A stretch of 64,000 bases of DNA, from positions 12,092,001 to 12,156,000 of the forward strand of contig OZ249436.1 in the NCBI GenBank assembly GCA_965235115.1. Direction: 5' to 3'. This stretch comes from Laetmonice hystrix (lineage: Eukaryota). The position numbers and the translations under genes are program-made. Each line of letters begins with the position of its first letter. Position 1 is the stretch's first letter. The notes beneath the pieces were generated by a model. That model was not told the DNA's origin, ran no database searches, and worked only from the letters and a program-made list of their open reading frames with translations. Of the stretch, positions 1 through 12,900 are shown piece by piece.

Positions 1-129
1 CAGTGTGGGAGGCCAAACAATGCAGTGATACTCCCTACATCTTACGGCAACCCTAGTACCAAAGCAAAGAGTACAGTGAGGCAGTGGAAATGAAAGGTAC
101 AGAGGAGGAGCATCTAATGTTAAAATTTT

Positions 130-183
130 GAGAAAATACTGAAATGTGAAGTATACATATCACAACCATTTCAGTATTTTCTC
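130..183. repeat. Perfect 17-bp inverted repeat with 20-bp spacer in each monomer (first instance)
   Basis: GAGAAAATACTGAAATG (130-146) is the exact reverse complement of CATTTCAGTATTTTCTC (167-183). One monomer subfamily has a single mismatch (gagaaTatact). Confidence 0.95.
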
Positions 184-714
184 CAAAGCGAACGTACGAG
201 ACCTATACGGTTGACCGTTATACATCTGACCTAAGAATAATAATTTTTGGGCCGTAGTTTCAATTTGACGTATCAAAAATGAAACCACTTTTCGCTTATA
301 ATTGCATTAACCTGTCTTTCGCCTAAGGGTCGCAGGTGCCTGCCAGCACGGCCAGGTATACGTGGTGACTCCACCGGTAGCCGGAAGGTGGCAGTGCAGT
401 GGCAGCCGACGCTTCAGTACAGTACCCTGGTGTTTCCCTGCAACATCCCTGTAATCTTCTTTTAGTTGGGGATGGGATATCTGATATAAGAAAGGCGTAC
501 AAGGTCATTTGCATTGTTAATTAAACCTTTACGGCAAACAGCTATTTGGACTACCTGACAACGTTGTCGGGCGCTTACAGTTGGTCTGTAGGGGACAGAC
601 ATTTGATGGGAGTAAATGATAGAGCAAACGTATGGCCTGCCTCCTGGACAATACAGGCATGGAAACATGAAACATGAAGCGTCCTTATACTACTGGCTAC
701 TGTCGTATAGAAGC

Positions 715-932
715 AAACAGTACAGTGAGGCCAAAGAGTACAGGGAGGGCAAAGAGTACTGTGAGGAATCCCTGCTAACCTAGTACCCAAGCGAACACTA
801 CAGTGAGGCCAAGCACTACAGTGAGGCTAAACAGCATACTGTCGGGCCAAGCAGTGTGAGAGGCCAAACAGTACAGTGATACTCCCTACATGTAACGGCA
901 ACCCTAGTACCAAAGCAAACAGTACAGTGAGT
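715..932 (+). repeat. 18-bp degenerate minisatellite inside each monomer (consensus ~AAACAGTACAGTGAGGCC), about 9 copies in blocks separated by two related CCTAGTACC(C/A)AAGC spacers (first full instance given)
   Basis: aaacagtacagtgaggcc / aaagagtacagggagggc / aaagagtactgtgaggaa / spacer ...acctagtacccaagc / gaacactacagtgaggcc / aagcactacagtgaggct / ... / aaacagtacagtgatact / spacer ...ccctagtaccaaagc / aaacagtacagtgag. Confidence 0.9.
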
Positions 933-3900
933 CAGTGAAAATGAAAGGTACAGACGAGGAGCATCTAATGTTAAAATCTTTGAGAAAATACTGAAATGTG
1001 AAGTATACATATCACAACCATTTCAGTATTTTCTCCAAAGCGAACGTACGAGACCTATACGGTTGACCGTTATACATCTGACCTAAGAATAATAATTTTT
1101 GGGCCGTAGTTTCAATTTGACGTATCAAAAATGAAACCATTTTTCGCTTATAATTGCATTAACCTGTCTTTCGCCTAAGGGTCGTAGGTGCCTGCCAGCA
1201 CGGCCAGGTATACGTGGTGATTCCACCGGTAGCCGGAAGGTGGCAGTGCAGTCGCAGCCGACGCTTCAGTACAGTACCCTGGTGTTTCCCTGCAACATCT
1301 CTGTAATCTTTTTTTAGTTGGGGATGGGATATCTGAAATAAGAAAGGCGTACAAGGTCATTTGCATTGTTAATTAAACATTTACGGCAAACAGCTATTTG
1401 GACTACCTGACAACGTTGTCGGGCGCTTACAGATGGTCTGTAGGGGACAGACATATTAGATGGGAGTAAATGATAGAGCAAACGTATGGCCTGCCTCCTG
1501 GACAATACAGGCATGGAAACATGAAACATGAAGCGTCCTTATACTACTGGCTACTGTCGTATAGAAGCAAACAGTACAGTGAGGCCAAAGAGTACAGGGA
1601 GGGCAAAGAGTACTGTGAGGAATCCCTGCTAACCTAGTACCCAAGCGAACACTACAGTGAGGCCAAGCACTACAGTGAGGCTAAACAGCATACTATCGGG
1701 CCAAGCAGTGTGGGAGGCCAAACAATGCAGTGATACTCCCTACATCTTACGGCAACCCTAGTACCAAAGCAAAGAGTACAGTGAGGCAGTGGAAATGAAA
1801 GGTACAGAGGAGGAGCATCTAATGTTAAAATTTTGAGAAAATACTGAAATGTGAAGTATACATATCACAACCATTTCAGTATTTTCTCCAAAGCGAACGT
1901 ACGAGACCTATACGGTTGACCGTTATACATCTGACCTAACAATAATAATTTTTGGGCCGTAGTTTCAATTTGACGTATCAAAAATGAAACCACTTTTCGC
2001 TTATAATTGCATTAACCTGTCTTTCGCCTAAGGGTCGCAGGTGCCTGCCAGCACGGCCAGGTATACGTGGTGATTCCACCGTTAGCCGGAAGGTGGCAGT
2101 GCAGTGGCAGCCGACGCTTCAGTACAGTACCCTGGTGTTTCCCTGCAACATCTCTGTAATCTTCTTTTAGTTGGGGATGGGATATCTGATATAAGAAAGG
2201 CGTACAAGGTCATTTGCATTGTTAATTAAACCTTTACGGCAAACAGCTATTTGGACTACCTGACAACGTTGTCGGGCGCTTACAGTTGGTCTGTAGGGGA
2301 CAGACATTTGATGGGAGTAAATGATAGAGCAAACGTATGGCCTGCCTCCTGGACAATACAGGCATGGAAACATGAAACATGAAGCGTCCTTATACTACTG
2401 GCTACTGTCGTATAGAAGCAAACAGTACAGTGAGGCCAAAGAGTACAGGGAGGGCAAAGAGTACTGTGAGGAATCCCTGCTAACCTAGTACCCAAGCGAA
2501 CACTACAGTGAGGCCAAGCACTACAGTGAGGCTAAACAGCATACTGTCGGGCCAAGCAGTGTGGGAGGCCAAACAGTACAGTGATACTCCCTACATGTAA
2601 CGGCAACCCTAGTACCAAAGCAAACAGTACAGTGAGTCAGTGAAAATGAAAGGTACAGACGAGGAGCATCTAATGTTAAAATCTTTGAGAAAATACTGAA
2701 ATGTGAAGTATACATATCACAACCATTTCAGTATTTTCTCCAAAGCGAACGTACGAGACCTATACGGTTGACCGTTATACATCTGACCTAAGAATAATAA
2801 TTTTTGGGCCGTAGTTTCAATTTGACGTATCAAAAATGAAACCATTTTTCGCTTATAATTGCATTAACCTGTCTTTCGCCTAAGGGTCGTAGGTGCCTGC
2901 CAGCACGGCCAGGTATACGTGGTGATTCCACCGGTAGCCGGAAGGTGGCAGTGCAGTCGCAGCCGACGCTTCAGTACAGTACCCTGGTGTTTCCCTGCAA
3001 CATCTCTGTAATCTTTTTTTAGTTGGGGATGTTATATCTGATATAAGAAAGGCGGACAAGGTCATTTGCATTGTTAATTAAACATTTACGGCAAACAGCT
3101 ATTTGGACTACCTGACAACGTTGTCGGGCGCTTACAGATGGTCTGTAGGGGACAGACATTTGATGGGAGTAAATGATAGACCAAACGTATGGCCTGCCTC
3201 CTGGACAATACAAGCATGGAAACATGAAACATGAAGTGTCCTTATACTACTGACTACTGTCGTATAAAAGCAAACAGTACAGTGAGGCCAAAGAGTACAG
3301 GGAGGGCAAAGAGTACTGTGAGGAATCTCTGCTAACCTAGTACCCAAGCGAACACTACAGTGAGGCCGAGCGCTACAGTGAGGCTAAACAGCATACTGTC
3401 GGGCCAAGCAGTGTGGGAGGCCAAACAGTACAGTGATACTCCCTACATCTTACGGCAACCCTAGTACCAAAGCAAACAGTAGAGTGAGGCAGTGAAAATG
3501 AAAGGTACAGACGAGGAGCATCTAATGTTAAAATTTTGAGAAAATACTGAAATGTGAAGTATACATATCACAACCATTTCAGTATTTTCTCCAAAGCGAA
3601 CGTACGAGACCTATACGGTTGACCGTTATACATCTGACCTAAGAATAATAATTTTTGGGCCGTAGTTTCAATTTGACGTATCAAAAATGAAACCACTTTT
3701 CGCTTATAATTGCATTAACCTGTCTTTCGCCTCAGGGTCGCAGGTGCCTGCCAGCACGGCCAGGTATACGTGGTGATTCCACCGGTAGCCGGAAGGTGGC
3801 AGTGCAGTGGCAGCCGACGCTTCAGTACAGTACCCTGGTGTTTCCCTGCAACATCTCTGTAATCTTCTTTTAGTTGGGGATGGGATATCTGATATAAGAA

Positions 3901-6900
3901 AGGCGGACAAGGTCATTTGCATTGTTAATTAAACATTTACGGCAAACAGCTATTTGGACTACCTGACAACGTTGTCGGGCGCTTACAGATGGTCTGTAGG
4001 GGACAGACATTTGATGGGAGTAAATGATAGACCAAACGTATGGCCTGCCTCCTGGACAATACAAGCATGGAAACATGAAACATGAAGTGTCCTTATACTA
4101 CTGACTACTGTCGTATAAAAGCAAACAGTACAGTGAGGCCAAAGAGTACAGGGAGGGCAAAGAGTACTGTGAGGAATCTCTGCTAACCTAGTACCCAAGC
4201 GAACACTACAGTGAGGCCGAGCGCTACAGTGAGGCTAAACAGCATACTGTCGGGCCAAGCAGTGTGGGAGGCCAAACAGTACAGTGATACTCCCTACATC
4301 TTACGGCAACCCTAGTACCAAAGCAAACAGTAGAGTGAGGCAGTGAAAATGAAAGGTACAGACGAGGAGCATCTAATGTTAAAATTTTGAGAAAATACTG
4401 AAATGTGAAGTATACATATCACAACCATTTCAGTATTTTCTCCAAAGCGAACGTACGAGACCTATACGGTTGACCGTTATACATCTGACCTAAGAATAAT
4501 AATTTTTGGGCCGTAGTTTCAATTTGACGTATCAAAAATGAAACCACTTTTCGCTTATAATTGCATTAACCTGTCTTTCGCCTCAGGGTCGGAGGTGCCT
4601 GCCAGCACGGCCAGGTATACGTGGTGATTCCACCGGTAGCCGGAAGGTGGCAGTGCAGTGGCAGCCGACGCTTCAGTACAGTACCCTGGTGTTTCCCTGC
4701 AACATCTCTGTAATCTTCTTTTAGTTGGAGATGGGATATCTGATATAAGAAAGGCGGACAAGGTCATTTGCATTGTTAATTAAACATTTACGGCAAACAG
4801 CTATTTGGACTACCTGACAACGTTGTCGGGCGCTTACAGATGGTCTGTAGGGGACAGACATTTGATGGGAGTAAATGATAGACCAAACGTATGGCCTGCC
4901 TCCTGGACAATACAAGCATGGAAACATGAAACATGAAGCGTCCTTATACTACTGGCTACTGTCGTAAAAAAGCAAACAGTACAGTGAGGCCAAAGAGTAC
5001 AGGGAGGGCAAAGAGTACTGTGAGGAATCCCTGCTAACCTAGTACCCAAGCGAACACTACAGTGAGGCCGAGCGCTACAGTGAGGCTAAACAGCATACTG
5101 TCGGGCCAAGCAGTGTGGGAGGCCAAACAGTACAGTGATACTCCCTACATCTTACGGCAACCCTAGTACCAAAGCAAACAGTAGAGTGAGGCAGTGAAAA
5201 TGAAAGGTACAGACGAGGAGCATCTAATGTTAAAATTTTGAGAAAATACTGAAATGTGAAGTATACATATCACAACCATTTCAGTATTTTCTCCAAAGCG
5301 AACGTACGAGGCCTATACGGTTGACCGTTATACATCTGACCTAAGAATAATAATTTTTGGGCCGTAGTTTCAATTTGACGTATCAAAAATGAAACCACTT
5401 TTCGCTTATAATTGCATTAACCTGTCTTTCGCCTAAGGGTCGCAGGTGCCTGCCAGCACGGCCAGGTATACGTGGTGATTCCACCGGTAGCCGGAAGGTG
5501 GCAGTGCAGTGGCAGCCGACGCTTCAGTACAGTACCCTGGTGTTTTCCTGCAACATCTCTGTAATCTTTTTTTTAGTTGGGGATGGGATATCTGATATAA
5601 GAAAGGCGTACAAGGTCATTTGCATTGTTAATTAAACCTTTACGGCAAACAGCTATTTGGACTACCTGACAACGTTGTCGGGCACTTACAGTTGGTCTCT
5701 AGGGGACAGACATTTGATGGGAGTAAATGATAGAGCAAACGTATGGCCTGCCTCCTGGACAATACAGGCATGGAAACATGAAACATGAAGCGTTCTTATA
5801 CTACTGGCTACTGTCGTATAGAAGCAAACAGTACAGTGAGGCCAAAGAGTACAGGGAGGGCAAAGAGTACTGTGAGGAATCCCTGCTAACCTAGTACCCA
5901 AGCGAACACTACAGTGAGGCCAAGCACTACAGTGAGGCTAAACAGCATACTGTCGGGCCAAACAGTGGGGGAGGCCAAACAGTACAGTGAGGACTCCCTA
6001 CATCTTACCGGCTGGCCTAGTACCAATGCAAACAGTACAGTGAGAAAGTGGAAATGAAAGGTACAGACGAGGAACATCTAATGTTAAAATTTTGAGAATA
6101 TACTGAAATGTGAAGTATACAGATCACAACCATTTCAGTATTTTCTCCTAAGCGAACGTACGAGACCTATGCGGTTGACCGTTATACATCTGGCCTAAGA
6201 ATCATAATTTTGGGGCCGTAGTTTCAATTTGACGTATCAAAAATGTAGCCAATTTTCGCTTATAATTGCATTAACCTGTCTTTCGCCTAAGGGTCACATG
6301 TGCCTGCCAGCCCGGCCAGGTATACGTGGTGATTCCACCGGTAGCCGGAAGGTGGCAGTGCAGTGGCAGCCGACGCTTCAGTACAGTACCCTGGTGTTTT
6401 CCTGCAACATCTCTGTAATCCTTTTTTTAGTTGGGGATGGGATATCTGATATAAGAAAGGCGTACAAGGTCATTTTCATTGTTAATTAAACCTTTACGGC
6501 AAACAGCTATTTGGACTACCTGACAACGTTGTCGGGCACTTACAGTTGGTCTGTAGGGGACAGACATTTGATGGGAGTAAATGATAGAGCAAACGTATGG
6601 CCTGCCTCCTGGACAATACAGGCATGGAAACATGAAACATGAAGCGTTCTTATACTACTGGCTACTGTCGTATAGAAGCAAACAGTACAGTGAGGCCAAA
6701 GAGTACATGGAGGGCAAAGAGTACTGTGAGGAATCCCTGCTAACCTAGTACCCAAGCGAACACTACAGTGAGGCCAAGCACTACAGTAAGGCTAAACAGC
6801 ATACTGTCGGGCCAAGCAGTGTGGGAGGCCATACAGTACAGTGATACTCCCTACATCTTACGGCAACCCTAGTACCAAAGCAAACAGTACAGTGAGGCAG

Positions 6901-9900
6901 TGGAAATGAAAGGTACAGACGAGGAGCATCTAATGTTAAAATTTTGAGAAAATACTGAAATGTGAAGTATACATATCACAACCATTTCAGTATTTTCTCC
7001 AAAGCGAACGTACGAGACCTATACGGTTGACCGTTATACATCTGACCTAAGAATAATAATTTTTGGGCCGTAGTTTCAATTTGACGTATCAAAAATGAAA
7101 CCATTTTTCGCTTATAATTGCATTAACCTGTCTTTCGCCTAAGGGTCGCAGGTGCCTGCTAGCACGGCCAGGTATACGTGGTGATTCCACCGGTAGCCGG
7201 AAGGTGGCAGTGCAGTGGCAGCCGACGCTTCAGTACAGTACCCTGGTGTTTCCCTGCAACATCTCTGTAATCTTTTTTTAGTTGGGGATGGGATATCTGA
7301 AATAAGAAAGGCGTACAAGGTCATTTGCATTGTTAATTAAACATTTACGGCAAACAGCTATTTGGACTACCTGACAACGTTGTCGGGCGCTTACAGATGG
7401 TCTGTAGGGGACAGACATATTAGATGGGAGTAAATGATAGAGCAAACGTATGGCCTGCCTCCTGGACAATACAGGCATGGAAACATGAAACATGAAGCGT
7501 CCTTATACTACTGGCTACTGTCGTATAGAAGCAAACAGTAAAGTGAGGCCAAAGAGTACAGGGAGGGCAAAGAGTACTGTGAGGAATCCCTGCTAACCTA
7601 GTACCCAAGCGAACACTACAGTGAGGCCAAGCACTACAGTGAGGCTAAACAGCATACTATCGGGCCAAGCAGTGTGGGAGGCCAAACAATGCAGTGATAC
7701 TCCCTACATCTTACGGCAACCCTAGTACCAAAGCAAAGAGTACAGTGAGGCAGTGGAAATGAAAGGTACAGAGGAGGAGCATCTAATGTTAAAATTTTGA
7801 GAAAATACTGAAATGTGAAGTATACATATCACAACCATTTCAGTATTTTCTCCAAAGCGAACGTACGAGACCTATACGGTTGACCGTTATACATCTGACC
7901 TAACAATAATAATTTTTGGACCGTAGTTTCAATTTGACGTATCAAAAATGAAACCACTTTTCGCTTATAATTGCATTAACCTGTCTTTCGCCTAAGGGTC
8001 GCAGGTGCCTGCCAGCACGGCCAGGTATACGTGGTGATTCCACCGGTAGCCGGAAGGTGGCAGTGCAGTGGCAGCCGACGCTTCAGTACAGTACCCTGGT
8101 GTTTCCCTGCAACATCTCTGTAATCTTCTTTTAGTTGGGGATGGGATATCTGATATAAGAAAGGCGTACAAGGTCATTTGCATTGTTAATTAAACCTTTA
8201 CGGCAAACAGCTATTTAGACTACCTGACAACGTTGTCGGGCGCTAACAGATGGTCTGTAGTGACCAGACATTAGATGGGATTAAATCATAGACCAAACGT
8301 ATGGCCTGCCTCCTGGACAATACAAGCATGGAAACATGAAACATGAAGCGTCCTTATACTACTGGCTACTGTCGTATAGAAGCAAACAGTACAGTGAGGC
8401 CAAAGAGTACATGGAGGGCAAAGAGTACTGTGAGGAATCCCTGCTAACCTAGTACCCAAGCGAACACTACAGTGAGGCCAAGCACTACAGTAAGGCTAAA
8501 CAGCATACTGTCGGGCCAAGCAGTGTGGGAGGCCATACAGTACAGTGATACTCCCTACATCTTACGGCCACCCTAGTACCAAAGCAAACAGTACAGTGAG
8601 GCAGTGGAAATGAAAGGTACAGACGAGGAGCATCTAATGTTAAAATTTTGAGAAAATACTGAAATGTGAAGTATACATATCACAACCATTTCAGTATTTT
8701 CTCCAAAGCGAACGTACGAGACCTATACGGTTGACCGTTATACATCTGACCTAAGAATAATAATTTTTGGGCCGTAGTTTCAATTTGACGTATCAAAAAT
8801 GAAACCATTTTTCGCTTATAATTACATTAACCTGTCTTTCGCCTAAGGGTCGCAGGTGCCTGCTAGCACGGCCAGGTATACGTGGTGATTCCACCGGTAG
8901 CCGGAAGGTGGCAGTGCAGTCGCAGCCGACGCTTCAGTACAGTACCCTGGTGTTTCCCTGCAACATCTCTGTAATCTTTTTTTAGTTGGGGATGGGATAT
9001 CTGAAATAAGAAAGGCGTACAAGGTCATTTGCATTGTTAATTAAACATTTACGGCAAACAGCTATTTGGACTACCTGACAACGTTGTCGGGCGCTTACAG
9101 ATGGTCTGTAGGGGACAGACATTTGATGGGAGTAAATGATAGACCAAACGTATGGCCTGCCTCCTGGACAATACAAGCATGGAAACATGAAACATGAAGT
9201 GTCCTTATACTACTGACTACTGTCGTATAAAAGCAAACAGTACAGTGAGGCCAAAGAGTACAGGGAGGGCAAAGAGTACTGTGAGGAATCTCTGCTAACC
9301 TAGTACCCAAGCGAACACTACAGTGAGGCCGAGCGCTACAGTGAGGCTAAACAGCATACTGTCGGGCCAAGCAGTGTGGGAGGCCAAACAGTACAGTGAT
9401 ACTCCCTACATCTTACGGCAACCCTAGTACCAAAGCAAACAGTAGAGTGAGGCAGTGAAAATGAAAGGTACAGACGAGGAGCATCTAATGTTAAAATTTT
9501 GAGAAAATACTGAAATGTGAAGTATACATATCACAACCATTTCAGTATTTTCTCCAAAGCGAACGTACGAGACCTATACGGTTGACCGTTATACATCTGA
9601 CCTAAGAATAATAATTTTTGGGCCGTAGTTTCAATTTGACGTATCAAAAATGAAACCACTTTTCGCTTATAATTGCATTAACCTGTCTTTCGCCTCAGGG
9701 TCGCAGGTGCCTGCCAGCACGGCCAGGTATACGTGGTGATTCCACCGGTAGCCGGAAGGTGGCAGTGCAGTGGCAGCCGACGCTTCAGTACAGTACCCTG
9801 GTGTTTCCCTGCAACATCTCTGTAATCTTCTTTTAGTTGGAGATGGGATATCTGATATAAGAAAGGCGGACAAGGTCATTTGCATTGTTAATTAAACATT

Positions 9901-12900
9901 TACGGCAAACAGCTATTTGGACTACCTGACAACGTTGTCGGGCGCTTACAGATGGTCTGTAGGGGACAGACATTTGATGGGAGTAAATGATAGACCAAAC
10001 GTATGGCCTGCCTCCTGGACAATACAAGCATGGAAACATGAAACATGAAGCGTCCTTATACTACTGGCTACTGTCGTAAAAAAGCAAACAGTACAGTGAG
10101 GCCAAAGAGTACAGGGAGGGCAAAGAGTACTGTGAGGAATCCCTGCTAACCTAGTACCCAAGCGAACACTACAGTGAGGCCGAGCGCTACAGTGAGGCTA
10201 AACAGCATACTGTCGGGCCAAGCAGTGTGGGAGGCCAAACAGTACAGTGATACTCCCTACATCTTACGGCAACCCTAGTACCAAAGCAAACAGTAGAGTG
10301 AGGCAGTGAAAATGAAAGGTACAGACGAGGAGCATCTAATGTTAAAATTTTGAGAAAATACTGAAATGTGAAGTATACATATCACAACCATTTCAGTATT
10401 TTCTCCAAAGCGAACGTACGAGGCCTATACGGTTGACCGTTATACATCTGACCTAAGAATAATAATTTTTGGGCCGTAGTTTCAATTTGACGTATCAAAA
10501 ATGAAACCACTTTTCGCTTATAATTGCATTAACCTGTCTTTCGCCTAAGGGTCGCAGGTGCCTGCCAGCACGGCCAGGTATACGTGGTGATTCCACCGGT
10601 AGCCGGAAGGTGGCAGTGCAGTGGCAGCCGACGCTTCAGTACAGTACCCTGGTGTTTTCCTGCAACATCTCTGTAATCTTTTTTTTAGTTGGGGATGGGA
10701 TATCTGATATAAGAAAGGCGTACAAGGTCATTTGCATTGTTAATTAAACCTTTACGGCAAACAGCTATTTGGACTACCTGACAACGTTGTCGGGCACTTA
10801 CAGTTGGTCTCTAGGGGACAGACATTTGATGGGAGTAAATGATAGAGCAAACGTATGGCCTGCCTCCTGGACAATACAGGCATGGAAACATGAAACATGA
10901 AGCGTTCTTATACTACTGGCTACTGTCGTATAGAAGCAAACAGTACAGTGAGGCCAAAGAGTACAGGGAGGGCAAAGAGTACTGTGAGGAATCCCTGCTA
11001 ACCTAGTACCCAAGCGAACACTACAGTGAGGCCAAGCACTACAGTGAGGCTAAACAGCATACTGTCGGGCCAAACAGTGGGGGAGGCCAAACAGTACAGT
11101 GAGGACTCCCTACATCTTACCGGCTGGCCTAGTACCAATGCAAACAGTACAGTGAGAAAGTGGAAATGAAAGGTACAGACGAGGAACATCTAATGTTAAA
11201 ATTTTGAGAATATACTGAAATGTGAAGTATACAGATCACAACCATTTCAGTATTTTCTCCTAAGCGAACGTACGAGACCTATGCGGTTGACCGTTATACA
11301 TCTGGCCTAAGAATCATAATTTTGGGGCCGTAGTTTCAATTTGACGTATCAAAAATGTAGCCAATTTTCGCTTATAATTGCATTAACCTGTCTTTCGCCT
11401 AAGGGTCACATGTGCCTGCCAGCCCGGCCAGGTATACGTGGTGATTCCACCGGTAGCCGGAAGGTGGCAGTGCAGTGGCAGCCGACGCTTCAGTACAGTA
11501 CCCTGGTGTTTTCCTGCAACATCTCTGTAATCTTTTTTTTAGTTGGGGATGGGATATCTGATATAAGAAAGGCGTACAAGGTCATTTTCATTGTTAATTA
11601 AACCTTTACGGCAAACAGCTATTTGGACTACCTGACAACGTTGTCGGGCACTTACAGTTGGTCTGTAGGGGACAGACATTTGATGGGAGTAAATGATAGA
11701 GCAAACGTATGGCCTGCCTCCTGGACAATACAGGCATGGAAACATGAAACATGAAGCGTTCTTATACTACTGGCTACTGTCGTATAGAAGCAAACAGTAC
11801 AGTGAGGCCAAAGAGTACATGGAGGGCAAAGAGTACTGTGAGGAATCCCTGCTAACCTAGTACCCAAGCGAACACTACAGTGAGGCCAAGCACTACAGTA
11901 AGGCTAAACAGCATACTGTCGGGCCAAGCAGTGTGGGAGGCCATACAGTACAGTGATACTCCCTACATCTTACGGCAACCCTAGTACCAAAGCAAACAGT
12001 ACAGTGAGGCAGTGGAAATGAAAGGTACAGACGAGGAGCATCTAATGTTAAAATTTTGAGAAAATACTGAAATGTGAAGTATACATATCACAACCATTTC
12101 AGTATTTTCTCCAAAGCGAACGTACGAGACCTATACGGTTGACCGTTATACATCTGACCTAAGAATAATAATTTTTGGGCCGTAGTTTCAATTTGACGTA
12201 TCAAAAATGAAACCATTTTTCGCTTATAATTGCATTAACCTGTCTTTCGCCTAAGGGTCGCAGGTGCCTGCTAGCACGGCCAGGTATACGTGGTGATTCC
12301 ACCGGTAGCCGGAAGGTGGCAGTGCAGTGGCAGCCGACGCTTCAGTACAGTACCCTGGTGTTTCCCTGCAACATCTCTGTAATCTTTTTTTAGTTGGGGA
12401 TGGGATATCTGAAATAAGAAAGGCGTACAAGGTCATTTGCATTGTTAATTAAACATTTACGGCAAACAGCTATTTGGACTACCTGACAACGTTGTCGGGC
12501 GCTTACAGATGGTCTGTAGGGGACAGACATATTAGATGGGAGTAAATGATAGAGCAAACGTATGGCCTGCCTCCTGGACAATACAGGCATGGAAACATGA
12601 AACATGAAGCGTCCTTATACTACTGGCTACTGTCGTATAGAAGCAAACAGTAAAGTGAGGCCAAAGAGTACAGGGAGGGCAAAGAGTACTGTGAGGAATC
12701 CCTGCTAACCTAGTACCCAAGCGAACACTACAGTGAGGCCAAGCACTACAGTGAGGCTAAACAGCATACTATCGGGCCAAGCAGTGTGGGAGGCCAAACA
12801 ATGCAGTGATACTCCCTACATCTTACGGCAACCCTAGTACCAAAGCAAAGAGTACAGTGAGGCAGTGGAAATGAAAGGTACAGAGGAGGAGCATCTAATG

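Noticed and set aside
158..179. TATCACAACCATTT resembles miR-2/miR-13 family mature sequence in a hairpin arm
   Set aside because: The seed differs (ATCACAA vs ATCACAG), its 5' part lies in the poorly paired loop region, and it is mutated in one subfamily.
317..333. CENP-B box candidate (TTCG....A..)
   Set aside because: It lacks the required CGGG 3' half.
311..336. Hammerhead-ribozyme-like string on the minus strand (CTGCGA-CCCTTAGG-CGAAA)
   Set aside because: The core lacks CTGANGA, stem II closure and stem III/cleavage triplet do not form, and the positions vary among monomers.
315..490. Short matches to spliceosomal snRNAs (TCTTTCGCCT ~U5, GTGGCAGT..TCGTAGCC ~U4, ATATCTGATA ~U2, minus-strand TACCTGGC ~U1)
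   Set aside because: Each match is only 8-10 nt and none extends into the conserved flanking sequence or structure.
1..852. 5S rRNA, tRNA or histone gene repeat as the identity of the monomer
   Set aside because: I could not recognise a 5S internal control region, tRNA cloverleaf/B box or histone ORF on either strand.
715..932. CRISPR-like short repeats
   Set aside because: The repeats are degenerate and directly adjacent, with no unique spacers and no cas genes.
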